A stretch of DNA of 61,124 bases, counting the filler. It is 5 parts of 5 records of this genome, joined end to end, with 100 filler letters (N's around TTAATTAATTAA, not from the genome) between each part and the next. Parts side by side here need not be neighbours in the genome. Positions count along the whole stretch, not along the records: positions 22,075 to 46,519 come from SRR20825010_1059; positions 46,620 to 56,230 come from SRR20825010_1062; 3 more parts are not named here. One strand, given 5' to 3'. Numbering within the stretch: the first letter of the stretch is position 1; every line of letters starts with the position of its first letter. The translations under genes and the position numbers were made by a program. The notes beneath the pieces are model-generated. The model did not search any database. It saw only the letters and a program-made list of their open reading frames with translations, and was not told the origin of the DNA. Positions 40,022-48,460 of this stretch are shown here, piece by piece.

Positions 40022-40903
40022 ATGCGGCGCTTACAGAAACTGGCCGTTGCGACTGCGTTGGCTGGTAGTGTTTTCTTCGGCATGCAGACACTTGCTTATG
40101 CCCAGACAGGTGCAGCACTAACTGCCGAGATGGGTTCTCAGATTGACGGTGCTGCTGCCACCCCGGAAGCACTGAGCGCTATGGTTGCCAATCTGGTTCA
40201 GACCAACCCGACGCTTGCCGCTGCAATTGCCAAGCGCGCGACGCAAAGCAACCCGGCTGCTGCCGCACAGATCGCCCAGGCTATGGCACAGGCAGCCCCG
40301 CAGCAGGCAGCGGTTGTTGCTGCGGCTATTACTGAAATTGCACCGCAGGCAGCCTCACAGGTTACCGCAGCCGCTGCATCGGCTGCTCCGCAACAAGCCG
40401 CAACAATCGCCGTTGCAGTCGCGGCCCGGGCACCGGCAGCGGCGCCACAAATCGCCGCTGCGGCAACTCGCGCGGCACCGCAATCGGCCTTGCAGGTCGC
40501 AGCTGCCGTTTCGCGTGCAAACCCGCAAGCCGCCAGCCAGATCGCAGCCCAGGTTTCTGTCGCAGCGGCCCAGTCCGGCTCAACAGTTAACTCGGGCACA
40601 ATCGCGGCAACCGTCTCGTCGGCATCCCGTACCAGTGCAGCTGCGATTATTACTTCTGTCGCCGCAGCAACCGGAACCTCGGTCGCAGCCATCGCATCAC
40701 AGGCTGCCCAGGGTGCCGCAACAGCGGCCCAGGTCGTCGCATCAACCGATGTCACAGTACAAAACGGTTTGAACGCCACGGCGCAGGCAAGTACTCAGAC
40801 GGCGACCAGCACACAACAACAACAAACAGTGACAACAAGCACACCTGTTGTGGAGCAACCCGTTGTCCAGGAAAATCCGGCCCAGACCGGCAGCCCGACC
40901 TGA
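40022..40903 (+). CDS. Secreted Ala-rich protein with nine 15-aa repeats
   Basis: Signal peptide ending AYA-Q; GGGAG RBS; Pro every 15 residues; ends VVQENPAQTGSPT. Confidence 0.85.
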   Translation: MRRLQKLAVATALAGSVFFGMQTLAYAQTGAALTAEMGSQIDGAAATPEALSAMVANLVQTNPTLAAAIAKRATQSNPAAAAQIAQAMAQAAPQQAAVVAAAITEIAPQAASQVTAAAASAAPQQAATIAVAVAARAPAAAPQIAAAATRAAPQSALQVAAAVSRANPQAASQIAAQVSVAAAQSGSTVNSGTIAATVSSASRTSAAAIITSVAAATGTSVAAIASQAAQGAATAAQVVASTDVTVQNGLNATAQASTQTATSTQQQQTVTTSTPVVEQPVVQENPAQTGSPT

Positions 40904-40952
40904 TTTGACCGAAAAAACACGTTTCAGATATTGATTTGAAGGGGAATACAAA

Positions 40953-42215
40953 GTGAAGGTTCTCAAAGGGGGATTACTCGCAACCGTTGCCGCTGGTGCT
41001 TTGGTTGCGGCGCTGACATCTTCTGTCAGCGCGCAGGAAGCCGTCAATCCGGATCAGGGCGTTGCTCAGCGCACCGCCGAAGGCTACGAACCGGTAGGCG
41101 CTACCGTTGGTTCATTCCGTCTCTTGCCGAAGCTGGAAGTTGTCGAAGAATTCAACGACAACATCTTCAAGGAAGAAAATGACGAAACCGACGATATGAT
41201 CACCAAGGTTCAGCCGACCCTTAACCTGCGTTCTGACTGGAACAACCACGCACTGAACCTTGGTGCGGGTGCCGATTTCGGGTTCTATGCAGATTCAAGT
41301 GACGATGATTACGAAGATTACAATGCCAAGGTCGATGGCCGTTTTGACGCCAGCCAGGCGCTGACTTTCAATGGCCTGGGCAGCTTTGAACATCTCCATG
41401 AAGAACGCGGTGGCGACGATGTCGATGCCGATGCCGCCGATCCGGTTGAATATGACCGCCTGAAAGCTGAATTCGGTGGCCGGTTCAAGCCGAACCGTAT
41501 CAGCCTTGGCGCAACCGGTCGCGTTACCGATCTCGACTATGATGACAATGCCGAACTTGATGGTGGCACTACCAACAACGATGACCGTGACCGTCAGGTC
41601 CTTGAGGGTGAACTTCGCGCCGGTTACGAAATCCAGACCGGATACGAGGCATTCGTCAGAGGCATCTTCAATGATCGCGATTATGATTCTGATGTCGATG
41701 ACAACGGTTTTGACCGCGATTCCGATGGTTACAAGGCACAGGCAGGTATCGCCATTGACCTGGACCAGCTGATCCGTGCCGACCTTGGCGTTGGCTGGAT
41801 GGAACAGGACTATACCGATCCATCACTTCGCGATGCGGACGGTTATTCGGCGGATGCGACTGTTCGCTGGAACCTGACCGAACTGACCACGGTTCGTGGT
41901 ACTTTCGCCCGTGCGATCAACGAAACCACAACTGATGACGCATCTGCGATCATTGCTACCAGCTACGGCCTCGGTGTTGATCACGAATTCCTGCGTAATC
42001 TTGTTGCCACAGCCGATGCCAACTATCAGAACTCTGATTACGAAGGCATTTCACGTGAAGACGATCTCATGAGCTTCCGTCTCGGCCTTGATTACAAACT
42101 GAACCGCAATTTCTTTGCCGGTGTCAGCTACAAGTTTGAAGATCGTGACTCAAACGTCACGGATCAGAGCTACGACAACAATATTTTCGCCATCAAGATT
42201 GGCGCACAGTTCTGA
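40953..42215 (+). CDS. Outer-membrane beta-barrel protein (EPS-associated, BBP2/VpsM-like)
   Basis: Signal peptide, NDNIF, LRSDWNNH, alternating beta strands, C-terminal Phe (IKIGAQF). Confidence 0.88.
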   Translation: MKVLKGGLLATVAAGALVAALTSSVSAQEAVNPDQGVAQRTAEGYEPVGATVGSFRLLPKLEVVEEFNDNIFKEENDETDDMITKVQPTLNLRSDWNNHALNLGAGADFGFYADSSDDDYEDYNAKVDGRFDASQALTFNGLGSFEHLHEERGGDDVDADAADPVEYDRLKAEFGGRFKPNRISLGATGRVTDLDYDDNAELDGGTTNNDDRDRQVLEGELRAGYEIQTGYEAFVRGIFNDRDYDSDVDDNGFDRDSDGYKAQAGIAIDLDQLIRADLGVGWMEQDYTDPSLRDADGYSADATVRWNLTELTTVRGTFARAINETTTDDASAIIATSYGLGVDHEFLRNLVATADANYQNSDYEGISREDDLMSFRLGLDYKLNRNFFAGVSYKFEDRDSNVTDQSYDNNIFAIKIGAQF

Positions 42216-42238
42216 TCTGTACCAGAAAACATATCAAG

Positions 42239-42270
42239 AAAATCCCCCGACCATCCTCGGGGGATTTTTT
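42239..42270 (+). terminator. Rho-independent terminator
   Basis: AAAATCCCCCGA-CCATCC-TCGGGGGATTTTTT. Confidence 0.85.
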
Positions 42271-42416
42271 AATACAGCGGTATGTCTCGCCCCTGACATC
42301 ACAAGGGATCAGGTTTTATTCGCTGTTACTTCTTTAGATTTTTAGGTTACGGTAAATCATTTCAAACTTTACCAGCAAACTTGCCAAACGGCTTTGTGGG
42401 GCTCAGGGGAAATCAG

Positions 42417-43418
42417 ATGAAGACCTTATCTAAATTCATGGCAGTTGTTCTGCTTTCAGGCAGCCTGATTGGCGCCAATACAACTTCGGTATGGGCGCAG
42501 GCTGCGAGCGGTGCCGGAGGGACAGGAGTATCGTCGACTGGCAGCAGCGGCGGTGCCGCTGCGGGTGCTGGCGCGGCTGGTGGCGCGGCGGCCGGCGGGA
42601 TAACCGCCGGGGCACTTGCCGTGGGCGTTGCTGCCGCAGCGGCCATCGGTGTTGCGGTCGCTATCGCCAGCAACAGTAACAATCCTGGCGCCACCGACGG
42701 CAGTTATCTTACTCAGGATGAAAAAGATCTGATTGACAATGCAACGGATGCGGCATCGCTGGCAAATGCCATTCAGCAAGTCACACAGGGTCGGATGGAC
42801 GGCGCCAGCAGTGCGCAGAGCACGCGTGACAGCGCAATTGCCGAGGCCGTATCACGCGCGATCAAACGCAATCCGGCAGCAGCAGCAACAATTACAACCG
42901 TCGCGATCGGCGTTGCAAACGGTTCAAATGTAAGCATCGATGAACAGGGCAACATTGTTGTAACAGTTGTTGCCGCAGCAACGGCTTCTGCACCTGATCA
43001 GGCAGGTGCCGTAACAACCGCAGCCGCCTCGGTATCGCCTGCACTGGCTGCGGCCATTGCACAATCCGCTGCAACCGCGGCTCCGGATCGCGCAGCTGAT
43101 ATCACAACTGCCGCAATCCGGGTTAACCCGAGCCAGGCCGCAGCAATTGCAAAAGGTGCCGCAACGGGTGCCCCCACACAGGCAGCAGCCATCACCACGG
43201 CCGCGGTTGTCGCGGCACCAACGCAGTCGACCGCCATCACCAGCCAGGTTTCAAGCGTAAGTGGCGTTAATACAGCGGCTGTCCAGCAGGCCGCAACAAC
43301 CGCCCAAACCACCCAGACCGCTTCGAACAACACCAATGACGGTCAGGATCAGGATATCGGCAACACGATCACCGTTGTGACCGAAGAAAACCCAAGTCAG
43401 GATGCCAGCCCAAACTAA
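42417..43418 (+). CDS. Second secreted Ala/Thr-rich protein with 15-aa repeats
   Basis: Signal peptide ending VWA-Q; Gly/Ala hydrophobic stretch; 15-aa repeats; ends VVTEENPSQDASPN. Confidence 0.85.
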   Translation: MKTLSKFMAVVLLSGSLIGANTTSVWAQAASGAGGTGVSSTGSSGGAAAGAGAAGGAAAGGITAGALAVGVAAAAAIGVAVAIASNSNNPGATDGSYLTQDEKDLIDNATDAASLANAIQQVTQGRMDGASSAQSTRDSAIAEAVSRAIKRNPAAAATITTVAIGVANGSNVSIDEQGNIVVTVVAAATASAPDQAGAVTTAAASVSPALAAAIAQSAATAAPDRAADITTAAIRVNPSQAAAIAKGAATGAPTQAAAITTAAVVAAPTQSTAITSQVSSVSGVNTAAVQQAATTAQTTQTASNNTNDGQDQDIGNTITVVTEENPSQDASPN

Positions 43419-43513
43419 CCCGGGTTTTATCTGAGGCAATGCTGGCTCCTGCTCTCTATAATGCTATAATCCCTTCGGGTTCCGCCCGGAGGGATTTACG
43501 TTCTAAAGGTTTT

Positions 43514-44050
43514 ATGATGTTGCGTTCTGTCGGTTTTCTTCTGTTGGCTCTATGCGCCCTGCTGGTATCGCAGGATGTCTATGCACAACAGCCAGTCTAT
43601 ACTCTTGGTTCCGGCGATAAACTTCGTGTAACCGTATTTGGCGAAGAAGACCTGTCAGGCGAATTTGAGGTCAGCGGCAATGGCCAGATCTCTCTGCCGC
43701 TGATCGGAGAGGTCGACGCAGGCGGCAAAAACCTGCGCGCGCTTGCCGATGTGATCGAAGACAGGCTTCAGGAAGGTTACCTCAAGGACCCGAAAGTCAG
43801 CATTGATGTCCTGAACTATCGCCCCTTCTATATTCTGGGCGAGGTCAATGAACCAGGCAGCTATCCCTATGTCAGTGGCATGAGCGTGCTTAACGCGGTC
43901 GCTCTGGGGGGCGGCTTCACTTACCGTGCGGACAAGGAAGATATCCTGATTATCCGGGGGGGTGATGAAAGCCGCAAACCGGAAAAAGCCACACCCGAAA
44001 CCGTCGTTCTGCCGGGCGATATTGTTCGCGTTGAAGAACGGTTCTTCTGA
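43514..44050 (+). CDS. wza: Polysaccharide export protein (short OPX/Wza family)
   Basis: YTLGSGDKLRVTVFGE, GQISLPLIGEV, YLKDPKVSI, GEVNEPGSY, PGDIVRVEERFF. Confidence 0.93.
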   Translation: MMLRSVGFLLLALCALLVSQDVYAQQPVYTLGSGDKLRVTVFGEEDLSGEFEVSGNGQISLPLIGEVDAGGKNLRALADVIEDRLQEGYLKDPKVSIDVLNYRPFYILGEVNEPGSYPYVSGMSVLNAVALGGGFTYRADKEDILIIRGGDESRKPEKATPETVVLPGDIVRVEERFF

Positions 44051-44069
44051 TAAGGCACCTGATTTTCCC

Positions 44070-44096
44070 AAAAGCCCGGTCAGTACCGGGCTTTTT
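44070..44096. terminator. Bidirectional terminator between convergent genes
   Basis: AAAAGCCCGGT-CAGT-ACCGGGCTTTTT. Confidence 0.85.
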
Positions 44097-44871
44097 ACAT
44101 GATTGAATAATGTCTTCCCTGCAGCCGAAGGCATGTCAGCCGGCCACTATAATAGGCCCCCGTATCAATCCCTATGCGGTTTGGCCGAAATTCAGGTTCA
44201 TCCGTGATCGTATGACCATGCACGATAACCTTTTCGAAACCGCCGGTATGCGTCAGGAACGGCTCCCGTATCCATCGCAGGTCTTTGGGTAACTGTTTTT
44301 CCAAAGAAAGATCCGGATTTATACCCGCATGAACAAAGCAATAATCACCAATTGTCACGGCATCCTCAAGCTGCTGCAAAAAGACCAGATGCCCGCTCTC
44401 TTCCATCCGGGATCGAAGATCCTCGGCGACTTTTGCAAGCTTCCCGGCTGAAAGCACGCCCGCAGGCATACCCACCCCGTAACTCAGCAGCGTCTCTGCC
44501 CCCCCATAGGAAAGCCAGGACGTACCTTCTTCCGGACTATCAAGAAAACGCAGCAGAAATTCTTCGTGATTGCCGATGATTTTTGTCTGTCTGACACCGG
44601 CATTGTCCATCTCCCGGATCATATCAATCACTTTGCGGCTTTCGGGACCACGGTCAATATAATCGCCCAGATAAACAATTCTTTTCGCGATACCGCTATC
44701 GACCGGGTCGCGCTGAATTGCAACAAGACAATTCTCGAGAAGATCCGCCCGTCCATGAATATCGCCGATCGCGTACACGACAATATCATCCGGTATCGAT
44801 GTTTCTCCCAGAAAGACCGATTGCGACCTTTCGTCGCCCTTTTTCTTTCTGGCAAACCAGGAAAGCACCAT
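44095..44871 (-). CDS. Metallophosphoesterase (PPP / lambda-phosphatase-like)
   Basis: GDIHG, GDYIDRG, GNHE, HAG, HGHT, IDTG motifs. Confidence 0.92.
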   Translation of the reverse strand: MVLSWFARKKKGDERSQSVFLGETSIPDDIVVYAIGDIHGRADLLENCLVAIQRDPVDSGIAKRIVYLGDYIDRGPESRKVIDMIREMDNAGVRQTKIIGNHEEFLLRFLDSPEEGTSWLSYGGAETLLSYGVGMPAGVLSAGKLAKVAEDLRSRMEESGHLVFLQQLEDAVTIGDYCFVHAGINPDLSLEKQLPKDLRWIREPFLTHTGGFEKVIVHGHTITDEPEFRPNRIGIDTGAYYSGRLTCLRLQGRHYSIM

Positions 44872-44950
44872 TTCCTCCAAAAGATTTTGATATCGCCCGG
44901 CCGGATAAATCAGGCGTCCATATCGTGCCACGAACGCCTGAAAGTAAAGC

Positions 44951-45754
44951 CTATCTGCTTTCAACAAGGGTCATAGCGATCCAGACACTGTAAATCTTGC
45001 CATTCGGCCCTGTGTAAGAAAACTGTCCCCATCCGTCCTGCTCCTCAAGAAGCTTCAACGGCGTTGCCGACGGCATCTGAAACGCAATCTTGTAATCTGT
45101 ACCCGGCCCGATACGGGCATTAACCGTATCAGAAGTACTGTGCCAGATTTTTACCTCGTCATCGGGAAGGGGAACCGTATTCTCGCCTGCCACGCTTGCG
45201 ACTTCTGCCACGACGTCTGTATCATTTGGATTCTCGGACACCGTTTCAGATTCTTGCGGGTCAGTGGATATTTCGGATGCACCGACCTGATCATCGGCAG
45301 AAAATCCGGCGGCAACCTGTTCAACGGTTTCAACAGCCTCTCCCTCTGCCGTTTCGCGTTCGTTCAGGCCTTGCGCATCCCCCGAAATTCGCTCGATCAT
45401 ACGCCCGTTAATGAGCAACTCATCAAGTCGCCAGCAATAACTCTGCGGATTATCTTCACAAATATAGGTAACCCGCCCGTAAAATGGTGGCGATACATTT
45501 TCCTTGCCCAGCGTGCCGCGAAAATCCCACGCGAATTCGCCAAGCCGGTTGCCGGGTACCAGCATCGTCAAACCATATCCATGCACATCGAGGGTCGGCT
45601 TCACGGCTTCGATAATACCGGCATAAATATCAGCCGGACTTGGAGAAAACCGGCCTTCCTGCTGTTTTTCCAATTCCAGTCGATGCTGATAATAGCCCCA
45701 TCCCCCTGCCCCCGCGATGGCCAGAAGGATTAAAATGAATATCAGTTTCTTCAT
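44951..45754 (-). CDS. Membrane-anchored protein with C-terminal bacterial SH3 domain
   Basis: N-terminal TM; VNARIGPGTDY...DGWG...WIA. Confidence 0.78.
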   Translation of the reverse strand: MKKLIFILILLAIAGAGGWGYYQHRLELEKQQEGRFSPSPADIYAGIIEAVKPTLDVHGYGLTMLVPGNRLGEFAWDFRGTLGKENVSPPFYGRVTYICEDNPQSYCWRLDELLINGRMIERISGDAQGLNERETAEGEAVETVEQVAAGFSADDQVGASEISTDPQESETVSENPNDTDVVAEVASVAGENTVPLPDDEVKIWHSTSDTVNARIGPGTDYKIAFQMPSATPLKLLEEQDGWGQFSYTGPNGKIYSVWIAMTLVESR

Positions 45755-45825
45755 AAACTTGAACTCAACCCGCGTGCGCAATTACAACGTCAGTAACATC
45801 AAAATCTTCGTCGAGGCATGCGATG

Positions 45826-46257
45826 CTATTTCGAAAGTTCCTGCTTATGCGTTTCATATTTCGGGTGATCCGGGTTCAAAAACGCGACATCATTTTTGAT
45901 GTCATCAACACTGATGTTTCTGTCTTCGGCAATACGCAAAACCCAGTGAATTACCCGCCCGCGGCCTGTCCAGGTTTCTTCCGCGTTATCGGGGTTACGA
46001 TATTTCGGTACAACCTGCTGCTTTTCTGCAACTTCACGTTCCCCTTCTTTGGCAACGCGACTTTTCGATAATTCGGGATAAAGATCATAAATAGAAAGGC
46101 CTGCATCAAAAAGCTTCTGATCAATCTCTCCGCGCAGATCGGAAATAAACTGGGATTTACGATTTTCTACTTCTCGTTCCGCGTCTTCCATCAAACGCTT
46201 TAATTCGGTATATCCAAGCTTGGAAATATCAATCCCGCTGATCATAAAATTTTTCAC
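45826..46257 (-). CDS. H-NS family nucleoid-associated protein
   Basis: PKYRNPDNAEETWTGRGR DNA-binding motif; N-terminal coiled coil. Confidence 0.88.
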   Translation of the reverse strand: MKNFMISGIDISKLGYTELKRLMEDAEREVENRKSQFISDLRGEIDQKLFDAGLSIYDLYPELSKSRVAKEGEREVAEKQQVVPKYRNPDNAEETWTGRGRVIHWVLRIAEDRNISVDDIKNDVAFLNPDHPKYETHKQELSK

Positions 46258-46490
46258 CCGTCAGGTTTTATTGGTCAAAGCAAAATACTCCGGCCATTCA
46301 ATTTACAATTTATATCGAAATTCAGATAAAACTACAAACAGCTGGCTTATGAAATGCGCGCTAAATCAAAAATATTTCGGGAATGGAACTCTGGGCCGGT
46401 TATTCATTCCAAACCGAATTGAATAATCCGGCAGCAGCCTGTTAAAGCCACCACCGGATCATTTTAATCATCAGTCAATTCTGAAAGAGA

Positions 46491-46519
46491 TCACTTCATC
46501 GTCGGCATGACGAATTCGG
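46491..46519 (-). CDS. C-terminal fragment, probably methylmalonate-semialdehyde dehydrogenase
   Basis: Manual translation EFVMPTMK* resembles the MmsA/IolA C-terminus; only about 9 codons visible. Confidence 0.45.
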
Positions 46520-46619
46520 NNNNNNNNNNNNNNNNNNNNNNNNNNNNNNNNNNNNNNNNNNNNTTAATTAATTAANNNNNNNNNNNNNNNNNNNNNNNNN
46601 NNNNNNNNNNNNNNNNNNN
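46520..46619. other. Artificial contig linker
   Basis: N44-TTAATTAATTAA-N44. Confidence 0.98.
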
Positions 46620-46722
46620 GGTGCTGGAGCGCACGGACCGGGACGACAAGGTGCATATCGAGGCAAAGTTCTCGCCGGAAAATCTGGGTCGGCTAGAGAA
46701 AATTCTTAAAAATCAGTCGTAA
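46620..46722 (+). CDS. C-terminal fragment, possibly GTPase HflX
   Basis: VLERTDRDDKVHIEAKFSPENLGRLEKILKNQS*; convergent with mazG as hflX commonly is in Alphaproteobacteria. Confidence 0.45.
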
Positions 46723-46732
46723 ATTTCTGTTT

Positions 46733-47557
46733 TTATTGATTTAATTTATCTTCCGCGCGGACTTCGTTCCAGACTTCATCCATTTCTTCAAGACTGCAAT
46801 TGTCTAGCGATTTTCCTTTATTTTCAATTCGTTGCTCGACAATCTGAAAGCGGCGAATAAATTTACGATTGGCGGATCGGAGGACTGTTTCGGGCTCCAA
46901 CTCAAGATGCCGCCCCAGATTGGCGAGCACGAAGAGAAGATCGCCATATTCCTCGGCAATGCGTTCCTTGCCGCCGTTCTCATTGATTTCCGCGCGAAGT
47001 TCGCCGAGTTCTTCTTCGATCTTGTCGAACACAGGCGCAATTGATGGCCAGTCAAACCCGACACGGGCCGCACGCTTCTGAAGCTTCACGGCGCGGGTAA
47101 GCGCGGGCAGGGTTTCCGCAACGCCATCAAGGGCGGAAGGGGCTTTGCCGCTATCCTTCATTTTTGCGGCGCGTTCCTGGGCTTTGGTTTCTTCCCATGC
47201 CGTGGTCTGGGCTTCTGCGGTTGCGATATCGGCGCTCCCGAACACATGGGGATGACGGCGGATCATCTTCTCTGAAATGGCGGAAATCACGTCATTAAAG
47301 TTAAAATCGCCGGCTTCTTTCGCCATCTGAGCATAGAACACCACCTGAAACATCAAGTCGCCAAGTTCGTCCTTCAACTCCGCCATGTCGTTTTGGGCAA
47401 TGGCCTCGGCCACCTCATAGGCTTCCTCGATCGTGTGGGGGGCGATGGTTTCAAAGCTCTGCTCCAGATCCCACGGGCAACCGCCATTTGGATCGCGCAA
47501 TTTTGACATGATATCAAGGAGTTGATCAATCGGGGCAGGTGCCTTATTTTCGGACAT
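46733..47557 (-). CDS. mazG: Nucleoside triphosphate pyrophosphohydrolase
   Basis: LRDPNGGCPWDLEQ, EEAYEV, ELGDL, RRHPHVF, GFDW, EYGDLLF. Confidence 0.96.
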   Translation of the reverse strand: MSENKAPAPIDQLLDIMSKLRDPNGGCPWDLEQSFETIAPHTIEEAYEVAEAIAQNDMAELKDELGDLMFQVVFYAQMAKEAGDFNFNDVISAISEKMIRRHPHVFGSADIATAEAQTTAWEETKAQERAAKMKDSGKAPSALDGVAETLPALTRAVKLQKRAARVGFDWPSIAPVFDKIEEELGELRAEINENGGKERIAEEYGDLLFVLANLGRHLELEPETVLRSANRKFIRRFQIVEQRIENKGKSLDNCSLEEMDEVWNEVRAEDKLNQ

Positions 47558-47662
47558 GCGGGGTCTTTCGCGCTGAAACTAGAGGATAGGAGAAGTTTAA
47601 AGGATTTCCTTTGCTCCTGGCCATAAGTAACATGCAATAAGCCGTAAAAAATCGAGTTTTGG

Positions 47663-48250
47663 ATGACCGAAGAGAAAAAATCGAAGGAAAAACGCCCGCG
47701 AAAGCCGGTTGAGCCGACGCCGAAATGGCTCCGCGATCAGGCGCTGCGCTATCTCAACCGCTTTCCCGCGACCAGCCATAAAATGGCGCGGCATCTGTTC
47801 GACAAAGCCGCCGTGCAGCTCGAACATTTTGATCTGCCGGAAGAAAAGCTTAAAGAGGATATCGCACAGGTGGTCGAGGATATGATCAAGGCCGGCTTTA
47901 TCAATGATACGGAGTTTGCCGCGAGCAAGGCGCGGATCATGGCGCGGCAGGGGCGCTCCGTGGCACAGATCGGCCTCAAGCTTCAGGAGATGGAGTTTTC
48001 GGACAGCGATCAGGCGAGGGCGCTTGATGAGCTTGGCGAGGACAGACACGCGCTCGACAGGCGGGCCGCGGCGCGTTTCGTAAAAAGACGGAGGTTCGGG
48101 CCGTATAAGCCGGAGGAAGTGCGCGGTGAGCGGCGAAACAAGGAACTTGCATCGCTTGCGCGTCAGGGGTTTTCATTCGATGTCGCGACGCTGGTGATCG
48201 ACGCGGACAGCGTGGAGGTCATCGATGCGATCATTTACGGCGACGACTAG
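47663..48250 (+). CDS. recX: Regulatory protein RecX family
   Basis: ALRYLNRF, GFINDTEFA, RRRFGPY, LARQGFS. Confidence 0.85.
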   Translation: MTEEKKSKEKRPRKPVEPTPKWLRDQALRYLNRFPATSHKMARHLFDKAAVQLEHFDLPEEKLKEDIAQVVEDMIKAGFINDTEFAASKARIMARQGRSVAQIGLKLQEMEFSDSDQARALDELGEDRHALDRRAAARFVKRRRFGPYKPEEVRGERRNKELASLARQGFSFDVATLVIDADSVEVIDAIIYGDD

Positions 48251-48317
48251 CGGCCCGTAAATCAGGGCAAGACCTGTAAGAGGGCAGCGGAATGTAATCC
48301 GTCTTCCCGTTATCTAT

Positions 48318-48345
48318 TTTGCGCATAATATATATTATGGAAAAT
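48318..48345 (+). other. Chromosomal dif (XerC/XerD) recombination site
   Basis: TTTGCGCATAA-TATATA-TTATGGAAAAT versus E. coli dif GGTGCGCATAA-TGTATA-TTATGTTAAAT; intergenic between convergent genes. Confidence 0.88.
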
Positions 48346-48460
48346 ATTGGATATGAAGCCCCCGATGTCAGGGCCCCTGAGACCCTTATTTTAAGAGGGG
48401 TCGTCGATACTCGGTCGTGTAATGAATACTGAGCGCGCTGAAAAACGGGGTTGGTTTTTA

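Noticed and set aside
40185-40779. Alternative-frame and antisense ORFs over the Ala-rich gene
   Set aside because: By-products of GCN codon runs; only the 40022 frame has RBS, signal peptide and repeat periodicity
40022-43418. PEP-CTERM/exosortase assignment for the two secreted proteins
   Set aside because: No PEP motif, no C-terminal TM helix or basic tail, and no exosortase gene in the contig
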